From assembly GCA_051251855.1 (NCBI GenBank), contig JBPOGI010000006.1, positions 160,001 through 224,000 of the forward strand: a DNA stretch of 64,000 bases. The letters run 5' to 3'. A program made the position numbers and the translations under genes. Below, piece after piece: positions 38,958-48,563 of the stretch (position 1 is its first letter; each line of letters opens with the position of its first letter). Below the pieces are notes generated by a model. The model saw nothing but the letters and a program-made list of their open reading frames with translations. It was not told the DNA's origin and did no database searches. The DNA comes from Roseibacillus sp. (GTDB taxonomy: Bacteria; Verrucomicrobiota; Verrucomicrobiia; Verrucomicrobiales; Akkermansiaceae).

Positions 38958-40631
38958 ATGGATAACAATCAAGTCATCGAACTTTTTCAAAACCGCGGCA
39001 TGTTGGAGCCGGGTTTGCAGGCCGAACTCAAAAGCCAATTGGAGACGAGTGGTAAGGAAATCTCGGAGCTCCTCACGGACTATGACGTTCTGGGTAACAA
39101 GGAGGATATCTGGCCTATTATTGCGCAGGAATTGGGCGCGGAGCTCTTTGACCTGAGCACTTACATTCCCCCTCGCCAGGTGCTGTCAATGGTGCCAGCT
39201 GGTTTAGCGCGACTTCATGGCGCGTTGCCACTCAAGGTGGATGAAAATGGCCTCACTGTTGCGCTTTCCGATCCTTTCAACCCTCAGACGCTAGAGGATT
39301 TACGTTTTGCGCTGGGTCAGAGTGTTAATCAGGTGATTGCACCAACGGAGCTGATTGAAGCGAAAATTACCACTCTCTACGCAGGCGACCAATCGGATGC
39401 CATGTCTGAGGTTTTGGGTCAATTGGATGCCGAGTTCAGTGGCAAATCCGCGAGCGAGCTCGAGGATGAGTCCAATGCGGCACCCATCATTCGTTATGTC
39501 GACTTGGTTCTTTATCAGGCGATTCGTGAGAAGGCATCAGACATTCACTTTGAGCCTTTCGAAGCCGATTTCCAGATTCGTTATCGGGTGGATGGTGCTC
39601 TTTATGCAATGGATCCGCCACCAGCGCACTTGGCTCTTTCGATCATTTCACGTGTGAAGGTGATGGCTAACCTAAACATTGCTGAGAAGCGAGTACCTCA
39701 GGATGGACGCATTGTGAAGAAAGTGGGGGACCACCACGTTGATATGCGTGTTTCTTCTCTCCCGACCACTCACGGTGAGAGTGTGGTATTGCGGGTTTTG
39801 GATAGTTCTTCGGTCAATCTTGATTTGGAGGCTCTGAGTCTACCGGAAGAGATCGACACCTATATTCGTGAAACGATTGAGAAACCAAACGGCATTTTCG
39901 TGGTCACCGGACCGACGGGAGCGGGAAAGACAACCACCCTTTACGCGGCTCTGCGTCAGATTAACCGTATTGATACGAAGCTTTTGACGGCAGAGGACCC
40001 AGTCGAGTACGACGTGGATGGAATTATCCAAATTCCGGTCAATGAGGCGATTGACCTCACCTTTGCCCGTGTTTTGCGTGCCTTTTTGCGACAAGACCCC
40101 GACAAGATTTTGGTGGGTGAGATTCGAGATCTCGAAACAGCTCAGATTGCAATTCAAGCCTCCCTGACGGGTCACTTGGTTCTTTCAACCCTGCACACGA
40201 ATGATGCTGCAGGCGCGGTCACGCGTTTGATTGATATGGGCACAGAGCCATTCCTAGTGGCGGCCTCCCTTGAAGGGGTTCTAGCGCAACGACTGGTGCG
40301 TCGGATTTGCCCAGATTGTAAGGCGGACTATGAGCCCAATGAGGCGACAATTGCTCAATTAGGGCTTTCGGCTAACGAGCTGGGCGATAAGCGTTTTTAC
40401 ACCGGAACGGGCTGCGAAACCTGCAATGGCGGTGGCTATCGTGGTCGTCGAGGACTCTTCGAGCTTCTGAATATGTCGGATCCGATTAAGGAGCTAGTCA
40501 CGGAAAGAGCTCCTTCTGTGGTCATTAAGCACAAGGCCATCGAGCTGGGAATGAACACCCTGCGCGAAGATGGACTTCGCAATATCTATGACGGCACAAC
40601 AACGATCGAAGAGGTCCTTAAGTATACCTAA
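38958..40631 (+). CDS. PilB/GspE family assembly ATPase (copy 2)
   Basis: ASDIHFEP, EKRVPQDGRI, GPTGAGKTTTLY, LRQDPDKILVGEIRD, TGHLVLSTLHTND. Confidence 0.93.
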   Translation: MDNNQVIELFQNRGMLEPGLQAELKSQLETSGKEISELLTDYDVLGNKEDIWPIIAQELGAELFDLSTYIPPRQVLSMVPAGLARLHGALPLKVDENGLTVALSDPFNPQTLEDLRFALGQSVNQVIAPTELIEAKITTLYAGDQSDAMSEVLGQLDAEFSGKSASELEDESNAAPIIRYVDLVLYQAIREKASDIHFEPFEADFQIRYRVDGALYAMDPPPAHLALSIISRVKVMANLNIAEKRVPQDGRIVKKVGDHHVDMRVSSLPTTHGESVVLRVLDSSSVNLDLEALSLPEEIDTYIRETIEKPNGIFVVTGPTGAGKTTTLYAALRQINRIDTKLLTAEDPVEYDVDGIIQIPVNEAIDLTFARVLRAFLRQDPDKILVGEIRDLETAQIAIQASLTGHLVLSTLHTNDAAGAVTRLIDMGTEPFLVAASLEGVLAQRLVRRICPDCKADYEPNEATIAQLGLSANELGDKRFYTGTGCETCNGGGYRGRRGLFELLNMSDPIKELVTERAPSVVIKHKAIELGMNTLREDGLRNIYDGTTTIEEVLKYT

Positions 40632-40709
40632 GCGAATTTATTCACACATTCCCGTAATGGCGGCTTGCACCGTCCCCGACTCTCAAGCTACAAATTAATT
40701 AGAAACGAC

Positions 40710-41984
40710 ATGGCAAATTTTCAGTATATCGCGCTCGATGCCTCGGGCCAGCAACATGAAGGAGCAATTGAAGCTGGAACGCGCGAAGAAGCGATTCAGC
40801 AACTGCAAGGCCAAGGCCTCTATCCTACTAAGGTGGGTGAAAGTGGTAAGAAATCGAAAGGCAAGAAAGGGGCGAAGCCTGCTGCTGCCGCAAAGAAGAC
40901 CAAGAAGGGTGAGGGAGTTGGCGGTAAGTTGAAGCCAAAAGTGCTGATGATTTTTACGCGTCAGCTGGCGACTTTGATCGATTCGGGACTTCCTCTTTTG
41001 CGTGGTCTTAATGTCCTTGCTAAGCAGGAGCCCAATCCAGTGCTTAAGGGAACCATTACTTCGCTTGCCGATTCCGTGCAGGGTGGTTCTACTTTCTCTG
41101 AGAGTCTTGCTCAGCATCCTCGTATTTTCAACAAGCTCTATGTGAACATGGTGAAAGCCGGTGAGCTGGGTGGTGTTCTGGAAGTCGTTCTCAATCGTCT
41201 TGCTGAGTATCAGGAGAAAGCTCAGAAGCTGAAAAATAAGATTGTTTCAGCTATGGTCTATCCAGTGATCGTGATGTGTATCGCGGTCTTCATTTTGACC
41301 TTCTTGATGATTTTCATCGTCCCGAAGTTTAAAGAGATGTTCCGCGACATGAACGTGGAGTTGCCACTGATTTCGAAAATCGTTTTCAATGCTTCGGGCT
41401 TCTTGATGTCGCCCACAGTTCCTTTCGTGCCCAATATCGTCTGGGTTCTGGTCATCGCAGTTCTTGCTTACATTGGTTTCAACTCTTGGGGAAATACCAA
41501 GGGTGGGCGCAAGGCCATTGATACCTTCAAGTTGAACGCGCCTCTTTTCGGAGATATCCAGCGAAAGAGCGCGATTGCTCGTTTTGCACGGACGCTGGGA
41601 ACGCTGGTGACTTCAGGTGTTCCAATTCTGCAAGCACTTAACATTACCAAGGAAACTTCCGGGAACGTGGTGGTTTCCGATGCCATTGAGAAAGTTTACG
41701 ACTCTGTTAAAGAGGGTGAGTCCATCGTGAGCCCTATGCAGGCAAGCAGTGTTTTCCCATCCATGGTTATCAGTATGGTGGACGTTGGTGAGGAGACGGG
41801 TCAACTCCCTGAAATGCTTCTCAAGATTGCCGATGTTTACGATGACGAGGTGGACAACGCGGTGACTGCATTGACCTCGATTCTCGAGCCTATCATGATT
41901 GTTTTCTTGGCAGTGGTTGTCGGTGGAATCGTTTTCGCCCTCTTCCTGCCTCTCATGAAGGTCATCCAGACCATGCAGCAGTAG
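40710..41984 (+). CDS. PilC/GspF inner-membrane platform protein
   Basis: FTRQLATLIDSGLPLL, MVKAGELGG.L, AMVYP, VGEETGQL..ML, LEPIMIV. Confidence 0.93.
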   Translation: MANFQYIALDASGQQHEGAIEAGTREEAIQQLQGQGLYPTKVGESGKKSKGKKGAKPAAAAKKTKKGEGVGGKLKPKVLMIFTRQLATLIDSGLPLLRGLNVLAKQEPNPVLKGTITSLADSVQGGSTFSESLAQHPRIFNKLYVNMVKAGELGGVLEVVLNRLAEYQEKAQKLKNKIVSAMVYPVIVMCIAVFILTFLMIFIVPKFKEMFRDMNVELPLISKIVFNASGFLMSPTVPFVPNIVWVLVIAVLAYIGFNSWGNTKGGRKAIDTFKLNAPLFGDIQRKSAIARFARTLGTLVTSGVPILQALNITKETSGNVVVSDAIEKVYDSVKEGESIVSPMQASSVFPSMVISMVDVGEETGQLPEMLLKIADVYDDEVDNAVTALTSILEPIMIVFLAVVVGGIVFALFLPLMKVIQTMQQ

Positions 41985-42005
41985 TTGGAACTTGAACCCA
42001 GAACT

Positions 42006-42557
42006 ATGAAACTCACGCAACATTCTCTTGGCGCTCGACAGCGAGGTTTTACCCTCGTGGAAATTCTGACGGTAGTCACCATCATGGTTGTCCTCATGGG
42101 GATGGTCATGGGGATTGGACGCTGGGCGATGTTGAATTCTCAAATTGAGAAGTGTCGCGTGCAGGTCAAATTGTTCGAGAACAAGCTGCAGGAGTATGAG
42201 GCAGACAATGGTGAATTCCCTCCTGGTGATGGAACTAACCGAAGCTCTATGGAACTTTACACCGCTCTCTACGAGATCGGTATCCAGAACGATAGCAAGG
42301 TTTACATGCCGGAGCTGGATCCTGATCATAGCGACCAGTTCAGCCGCAAGATTAAGAACGGCCTCATCCTTGATCCCTTCAAGCATAAGAAGCCATATTT
42401 CTACATGCGCGGAGTCGATGAGAACGGCGAGGAAAGTTCCGAGTCTTACAATCCCGATTTCGATATTTGGTCGCTAGGTCCTAACGGAGTTGGTCGCGGT
42501 GATGGCGGCTCGAGTGACGAAGATCTGGACGACGATATCAATAATTGGAGCTCTTAA
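42006..42557 (+). CDS. GspG-like prepilin/pseudopilin
   Basis: Class III signal QRG|FTLVEIL; C-terminal FDIWSLGPNG...DDINNW. Confidence 0.9.
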   Translation: MKLTQHSLGARQRGFTLVEILTVVTIMVVLMGMVMGIGRWAMLNSQIEKCRVQVKLFENKLQEYEADNGEFPPGDGTNRSSMELYTALYEIGIQNDSKVYMPELDPDHSDQFSRKIKNGLILDPFKHKKPYFYMRGVDENGEESSESYNPDFDIWSLGPNGVGRGDGGSSDEDLDDDINNWSS

Positions 42558-42630
42558 GTTTTCGACGGGATTCGCTTCAAAGCCTCGGTTTCATCCGAAA
42601 ATTGGGTGAACTCGAGTTGTAGTTTTGACT

Positions 42631-43191
42631 ATGAGCGAACTCCTAACAGAAGAGCCTCCCATCAAGAAACGTTCTGGGCGTTCCAAGGTGGTCACTATTG
42701 CGGTAGCATTCTTTGTTCTTTTTATCCTCGTTGTTGTCCCGATTATTGTGGGAATCAGCCACTGGGCTCGGGGGAATGCTCGGCTGCAGAAGTGCCGTGT
42801 TCAGATCATGCTTTTCGAAAATAAGCTTCAAGATTACGAGGCTGATTACGGTAATTTTCCACCCGGAGATGGCTCAGACAAGAGTTCTCGAGAGTTATTC
42901 AAAGCATTCTACCAACATGGGATTTTGCACGACTCCAAAGTGTATATGCCGGAGCTGGACCCAAAATTGAGCGACCAGTTTGAGAATCAGATCGAGGGCC
43001 TGAAGATTTTGGATCCTTTTGAGAATGGGAGACCTTTTTTCTATCTCCGCTCTGTGGATGAGGATGGAAATATGATTAAGGATGCTCACAACCCCGATTT
43101 CGATCTCTGGTCAGTGGGGCCAGATGGAAAGGGAAGGGGAGATTCGGGAGCGACTACGGAAGACTTCGCCGATGATGTTACCAACTTTTAG
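42631..43191 (+). CDS. GspG-like paralog lacking the prepilin cleavage motif
   Basis: Shares KCRVQ..LFENKLQ.YEAD.G.FPPGDG, DSKVYMPELDP, NPDFD.WS.GP.G with the upstream pilin; no G|FxxxE. Confidence 0.85.
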   Translation: MSELLTEEPPIKKRSGRSKVVTIAVAFFVLFILVVVPIIVGISHWARGNARLQKCRVQIMLFENKLQDYEADYGNFPPGDGSDKSSRELFKAFYQHGILHDSKVYMPELDPKLSDQFENQIEGLKILDPFENGRPFFYLRSVDEDGNMIKDAHNPDFDLWSVGPDGKGRGDSGATTEDFADDVTNF

Positions 43192-43349
43192 CTCAAGAGT
43201 ATTCTTCGGGTTTAGGGCTGTTTTTACGTAAAGCTGGTCTCCTTAGCACATACTCTTGAGGGAGGATGAGGCCTCATGCCCAATCTTCGACGAAAGAATC
43301 GGGGCCTACCTCTCGAATTAATAGCGTTCGATCTCGATTCCTTGTTCTC

Positions 43350-46300
43350 ATGCGAAGCCTTCTTTTACTCACATTTGTTGTCTCTTCCTCAATTTGTCCA
43401 GGGGAGGAAAAAGGAGAGATCGATTTCAATGATCATGTGCAGCCGATTTTGTCGGAGTATTGTTATCATTGTCACGGCCCTGATGGTTCAACGAGAGCCC
43501 CGAATGCCGATAAGGGCGGGCAGCCACTGCGACTGGATCGGGAGGGAGATGCATTTGAGGTGAGGGAAGATTTAGGGGTTCCCGTGATTCTAAAAGGTGA
43601 TCCGGAGAATTCGGAGCTGATGATTCGGATTCTTTCGGACGACAAAACGGATATTATGCCGCCGCCAAAGGCGCATAAGGTGATGAAGGAAGAGGAGATT
43701 GAAGTCCTCAGACAATGGATAGCCGAGGGCGCGCCGTATGAGGAGCACTGGTCTTTCACAAAACCGGAGAGACCTACAAAACCAGAGCTTTCGGATTCAT
43801 CACAGAAGTGGGTGGGCAATGGCGTTGATGCTTTTGTGGCGTATCGACACGAGAAAGAGAGCTCTACCCCAAATCCTGCTGAAGAGCCGGGGCGTTTGTT
43901 GAGAAGATTAAGCTTGGATTTGACGGGCCTTCTGCCAACTGCCGAGCAATTGGCCGCCTGGGAGGGGAACGTGGAGAAGGCGACGGAGGAGCTGTTAGCA
44001 ACGGATGCTTATGCGGAGCACTTTACCAGGCATTGGTTGGATGCCGCTCGTTATGCCGACACCCATGGTATTCATATCGATAATTATCGTGCGATTTGGC
44101 CCTACCGCGACTGGGTAATTGAAGCTTTTCGGCAGAATATGCCTTTTGACCAATTCACGCGTGAACAGATTGCGGGAGACTTAATGCCTGAACCAACTCT
44201 GGAGCAGGTGATTGCCACTGGGTTTGGACGATGTTTGCCGACGACAGGCGAGGGCGGCGCAATTGCAGAGGAATGGGAGGCGATCTATGCCCAAGAGCGA
44301 GTGGATACCGTTTCTGCGGTTTGGTTAGGTTTGAGCACGGGTTGCGCGGCTTGCCACGATCACAAATTTGACCCCATCACCCAGAAAGATAATTTCGCCT
44401 TCTCAGCCTTCTTTCGTAATACTTCGATGGCGGCGTTGGATAGGAACAAGGCGGAGCATCCCCCCAATATTTTTGCGCCGCTGATCGAAGACCGGGGGCG
44501 ATGGAAGGAGTTAGAAAGTGAATTGGCAGTGGCTCAGGACGGAGTCACTCAGCGCTCCAAGGCAGCGGATCCAGGCTTCGTCGCTTGGGCTGAGAAGTTG
44601 AGAAAGGATGGGCTGAGCGAAGGCGAACAGCAGCCTTCAACATTGGAGGAGGGGTTGGTGTTGAGTCTTGGCCTAAATCAAGATGGAGACGAAATCGAGG
44701 GGTCAATCAAGGGCGAGCGAAAGAGTTGGAAGGCATCGAAGCGAAAGTTTCGCGATGGCCCTTTGGGGCCGGCTACGATTGTCAATGATTCGGGAATCGC
44801 ATTGGGTGATGTAGGCAATCTCAATGCCCAAGGGCAGGCAAGCTTTGGAATGTTGATTTATTACGAGGGTAAGCCCAATGGCCCTATCATCGCAAAAATG
44901 GACCAGCAGGCCAAGTATCGGGGGTGGGATTTTTGGATGGAGAAGGGGCGCTTGGCCTCCCATCTTCTTGATGAGTGGACGGACAAAGGCTACAAGGTAG
45001 TCTCGAACAAAGTTTTGGAGGCAGGGAAATGGCATCATGTGATGGTGACCTATGATAGTGCCAAGCCAGCTGATAAGCGGGTGACGATGCATCTGAATGG
45101 GAAGGTGTTGGCGACCAAAGCGAATCCCAATACGGCAGGAGACAGTTTTGAGACGACGCAGGTATTACGATTGGGTGCGCGTTCTCATGGCCAGAAGGTG
45201 ACTGGGGGCACGGTGGCGATTCAGGATTTTCGGATCTATGACCGCGTTCTCAGCGCAGGTGAACTGATGACATTAGCTGACTCAAACAACTTTGTGCCAT
45301 TGAATGTCGCGGCGACCACGCCATTGAATGAGATGAGTAAAATTCAGCAAGATGCTTTGCGTCGTCACTACTTGAACAAGCATGACGGGGCTTATATCGA
45401 TCTGAAAAAGAAAGTTGCGAAGTTGGAGAAAGAGCAGAATGAGCTCCGCAAGAGAGGGAGTGTGACTTTGGTGATGGATGATCGAAAGAACCGTGAACCG
45501 TTTGCCCATGTGTTGACGAGGGGAGACTATCGCCAGAAGGAAGAAAAGGTGTCGCCAGCAGTTCCTGGAGTTCTGCCGGCTCTACCGTCTGATGTGAAAG
45601 CCGACCGCTTGGCGCTTGCGAATTGGTTGGTGAATCCTGAGAATCCGCTGCCAGCTCGAGTGACGGTGAATCGGATTTGGTATTACTTTTTCGGGACAGG
45701 TTTGGTCGAAACAACAGAGGATTTCGGGATTATGGGAGCTCGTCCGACTCATCCTCAGCTTTTGGATTGGTTAGCGGTCGAATTTGTGGAGTCAGGTTGG
45801 GACCTCCAGCATCTTGTTCGGTTAATTGTGAACTCCAAGACCTACCAGCAATCGGGGAAGGGGACGCCGGAAGCGAGGGAGAAAGACCCAGACAATCGTT
45901 TTCTCGCTCGGGGGCCGCGGTATCGATTGGATGCGGAGCAGATTCGCGATTTGGCCTTGGCGTCTTCGGGATTGTTAGTGGAAAAGGTGGGAGGTCCTTC
46001 GGTGAAGCCCTATCAGCCGAAAGGAGTTTGGTCAGCAGTGGCGATGAATAATTCAAACACTCGTTATTATAAGGAGGATAGCGGGGATTCGCTGTTTCGA
46101 CGTTCGGTTTATACGTTTTGGAAACGGACCGCTCCCCCGTCGTCGATGGATCTCTTTGATGCTCCCTCGCGAGAAGCTTTTTGCGTGAGGCGAAGTCGAA
46201 CGAATACTCCGCTGCAGGCTTTCGTGTTGATGAATGATCCGCAGTTTGTTGAGGCTTCTCGTCACTTGGCCCAACGAGCACTGCTGGCTGATGAAGAGTT

Positions 46301-46547
46301 TGAGAAGAGGGTGAATCATATTTATCAAGCTTTGCTCTCGCGGAAGGCACGGGCGAGTGAGGTGGAGATTTTGGCAGAGAGTCTAGCGGCGATTGAAGTG
46401 AGCTTTCAGGAGGACGAGAACAAGGCTAAGGAGTTGTTGGAGGTGGGGGCTACTCATTACGACTCGAGTCTTGAGCTTGCTGAGTTTGCGGCTTGGACGG
46501 TGCTCGCTTCGCAAATTTTGAACCTCGACGAAACCATTACCAAGTAG
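43350..46547 (+). CDS. Planctomycete cytochrome c / DUF1549 / LamG / DUF1553 (PSD1-type) protein
   Basis: CYHCHG and CAACHDHKFDP haem motifs, WLDAARYADTHG, LamG insert, ARVTVNRIW..FFG.GLV, NTPLQA.VLMND. Confidence 0.9.
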   Translation: MRSLLLLTFVVSSSICPGEEKGEIDFNDHVQPILSEYCYHCHGPDGSTRAPNADKGGQPLRLDREGDAFEVREDLGVPVILKGDPENSELMIRILSDDKTDIMPPPKAHKVMKEEEIEVLRQWIAEGAPYEEHWSFTKPERPTKPELSDSSQKWVGNGVDAFVAYRHEKESSTPNPAEEPGRLLRRLSLDLTGLLPTAEQLAAWEGNVEKATEELLATDAYAEHFTRHWLDAARYADTHGIHIDNYRAIWPYRDWVIEAFRQNMPFDQFTREQIAGDLMPEPTLEQVIATGFGRCLPTTGEGGAIAEEWEAIYAQERVDTVSAVWLGLSTGCAACHDHKFDPITQKDNFAFSAFFRNTSMAALDRNKAEHPPNIFAPLIEDRGRWKELESELAVAQDGVTQRSKAADPGFVAWAEKLRKDGLSEGEQQPSTLEEGLVLSLGLNQDGDEIEGSIKGERKSWKASKRKFRDGPLGPATIVNDSGIALGDVGNLNAQGQASFGMLIYYEGKPNGPIIAKMDQQAKYRGWDFWMEKGRLASHLLDEWTDKGYKVVSNKVLEAGKWHHVMVTYDSAKPADKRVTMHLNGKVLATKANPNTAGDSFETTQVLRLGARSHGQKVTGGTVAIQDFRIYDRVLSAGELMTLADSNNFVPLNVAATTPLNEMSKIQQDALRRHYLNKHDGAYIDLKKKVAKLEKEQNELRKRGSVTLVMDDRKNREPFAHVLTRGDYRQKEEKVSPAVPGVLPALPSDVKADRLALANWLVNPENPLPARVTVNRIWYYFFGTGLVETTEDFGIMGARPTHPQLLDWLAVEFVESGWDLQHLVRLIVNSKTYQQSGKGTPEAREKDPDNRFLARGPRYRLDAEQIRDLALASSGLLVEKVGGPSVKPYQPKGVWSAVAMNNSNTRYYKEDSGDSLFRRSVYTFWKRTAPPSSMDLFDAPSREAFCVRRSRTNTPLQAFVLMNDPQFVEASRHLAQRALLADEEFEKRVNHIYQALLSRKARASEVEILAESLAAIEVSFQEDENKAKELLEVGATHYDSSLELAEFAAWTVLASQILNLDETITK

Positions 46548-46551
46548 CGCT

Positions 46552-48006
46552 ATGAACAATCTACAAGACTACAATGCTCAGGTGTCCCGCCGCCAATTTT
46601 TTCGAAAGGGAGGAACTGGGTTGGGAGCCGCGGCTCTCTCTTCGCTTTTGCCACGGGAAGCTTTGGCGATTGGTGATAGCAAGGACTTCGACTTTCGAGC
46701 GATTGCTCCGAAGGCGAAGCGGGCGATTTATCTTTCGATGGTAGGAGCGCCCTCACAGATGGAGACTTGGGACCCAAAGCCGCACCTCCGTTCCGAGTTT
46801 AAGAAGGATTTGACGGGCTATTTGAAGTCTCAAGGGGAGCGCTTGACTGGGATGACGGCGGGGCAGTCTTCGTTTCCTTTGGCGCCTTCGGCTTTTGATT
46901 TTGAGAAGAAGGGGCAAAGTGGCATCGATGTCAGTGAGCTCTTTCCCTATACTGGAAAGGTGGTCGACGACCTCTGTGTGATTCGTTCGATGTATACTGA
47001 GGCCATTAATCATGAGCCGGCGAATCAGCTTTGTTTTACGGGTAATCAGGTCGCGGGTAAGGCGTCGCTGGGCTCTTGGTTGAGCTATGGCTTGGGAAGT
47101 ATGAATGAGAACTTACCCTCCTTCGTGGTTTTACACGCGCGGCATAGCAACCCGGCGGCAAATGTGCAGGCGATTTCTAATCGGCTTTGGGGTTCGGGTT
47201 ATCTGCCGGGCAAGTATGCGGGGGTAGAGTTGCGCTCCGTGGGCGATCCGGTGCTCTATTTGAAGGATGCGCCTGGGATTGACCGAGAGACTCGGCGACA
47301 CATGTTAGATGGTTTGGCGAAGTTGAATCAAGAGTCGTTGGAGCTGGTGGGGGACCCGAATATTCAGACGCGGATTTTACAATATGAGATGGCGTTCCGA
47401 ATGCAGGCTTCGGTTCCGGAGTTGACGGACCTGTCGAGTGAGCCGGAGTCTTCTTTCGAGCTCTATGGGGAGGATAGTCGTAAGCCGGGAACGTTCGCCG
47501 CTTCTGCTTTGATGGGAAGGCGACTGCTGGAGCGCGGAGTTCGTTTTGTGCAGGTCTTTCACCGCGGGTGGGATCAGCATGGGAGTCTCCCTCAGCATCT
47601 ACCGGATCAGTGCCGGGATGTGGATCAGGGGTGCTACGCTTTGATTTCTGATCTGAAGCAGAGAGGAATGTTAGACGATACCCTCGTGATTTGGGGAGGT
47701 GAGTTTGGACGCACGATTTACTCGCAAGGAACTTTAAACGAGAAAACTTATGGGCGTGATCATCATCCCCGCGCATTTTCTCTCTGGATGGCGGGCGGTG
47801 GAATCAAAGGTGGAATGGTGCACGGGGCGACGGATGAATATGGTTACAACATCATTGAAAAGCCGGTTCATATCCGTGACTTGCATGCCACTATTCTCCA
47901 TCAGCTAGGGGTCGAGCATGAGCGCATGACTTACAAGTATCAGGGGCTGGACCAACGCCTGACAGGAGTGGAGCATGCGAAGGTGATTCAGGATATTTTA
48001 GCTTGA
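46552..48006 (+). CDS. DUF1501 family protein with Tat-type signal
   Basis: SRRQFF, GAPSQMETWDPKP, GWDQH, WGGEFGRT, GRDHHP, DLHATILH. Confidence 0.92.
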   Translation: MNNLQDYNAQVSRRQFFRKGGTGLGAAALSSLLPREALAIGDSKDFDFRAIAPKAKRAIYLSMVGAPSQMETWDPKPHLRSEFKKDLTGYLKSQGERLTGMTAGQSSFPLAPSAFDFEKKGQSGIDVSELFPYTGKVVDDLCVIRSMYTEAINHEPANQLCFTGNQVAGKASLGSWLSYGLGSMNENLPSFVVLHARHSNPAANVQAISNRLWGSGYLPGKYAGVELRSVGDPVLYLKDAPGIDRETRRHMLDGLAKLNQESLELVGDPNIQTRILQYEMAFRMQASVPELTDLSSEPESSFELYGEDSRKPGTFAASALMGRRLLERGVRFVQVFHRGWDQHGSLPQHLPDQCRDVDQGCYALISDLKQRGMLDDTLVIWGGEFGRTIYSQGTLNEKTYGRDHHPRAFSLWMAGGGIKGGMVHGATDEYGYNIIEKPVHIRDLHATILHQLGVEHERMTYKYQGLDQRLTGVEHAKVIQDILA

Positions 48007-48009
48007 GTG

Positions 48010-48474
48010 CTAAACATCGATCACTTTCCCCGAGACGGACTTTGCTTGGCTGGCTTCGTCATCTGGGATGGGCTCGAAGTCGGGGTCGAGAGGGTTTCCG
48101 CCAACGGAGACGTTGACCTTCTTGGCTAACTTTTCGGTGAGGATTCCGCGAATGACGGCCCGAATGGGGGGAAGGAGGAGCGAGAAGCCCACGGCGTCGG
48201 TGAGGAAGCCGGGGGTGAGGAGGACGGCGCCAGCAATAAGAATGAGAAGTCCGTCGACCATTTCCTTATGGGGCATTTTACCCATGGCGAGTGCGTTTTG
48301 AAAGTTGGCGAGGGCTCGGCCTCCTTGGGATTTGGTGAGGGCGGCTCCAATGAATGCGGTGATCACGATAATTACCAAGGTCGCGGGGAGCCCGAGGTGT
48401 TTCCCTAAGAGCATGAAGAGCGAGAGCTCGATGATGGGAACGATGATGAAAAGGAGGAGAAGGCGGGTAAACAT
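48010..48474 (-). CDS. fxsA: FxsA family membrane protein
   Basis: FIIVPIIEL, TAFIGA.L.KSQG, LLLTPGFLTDAVG-like motif, PPIR. Confidence 0.9.
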   Translation of the reverse strand: MFTRLLLLFIIVPIIELSLFMLLGKHLGLPATLVIIVITAFIGAALTKSQGGRALANFQNALAMGKMPHKEMVDGLLILIAGAVLLTPGFLTDAVGFSLLLPPIRAVIRGILTEKLAKKVNVSVGGNPLDPDFEPIPDDEASQAKSVSGKVIDV

Positions 48475-48563
48475 GACTTTGTGACGAGGTTGTCTGCGAA
48501 CTGTTCTCTCCTTTGAGGCTTTTGGAAAATGGAAAGATGAGCTGATTTTGGAATGAGCGGATA

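Noticed and set aside
43350..48006. PSD1/DUF1553-DUF1501 pair as a novel system
   Set aside because: Already recognised as a widespread, highly paralogous module in Planctomycetota and Verrucomicrobiota, although its function is unknown
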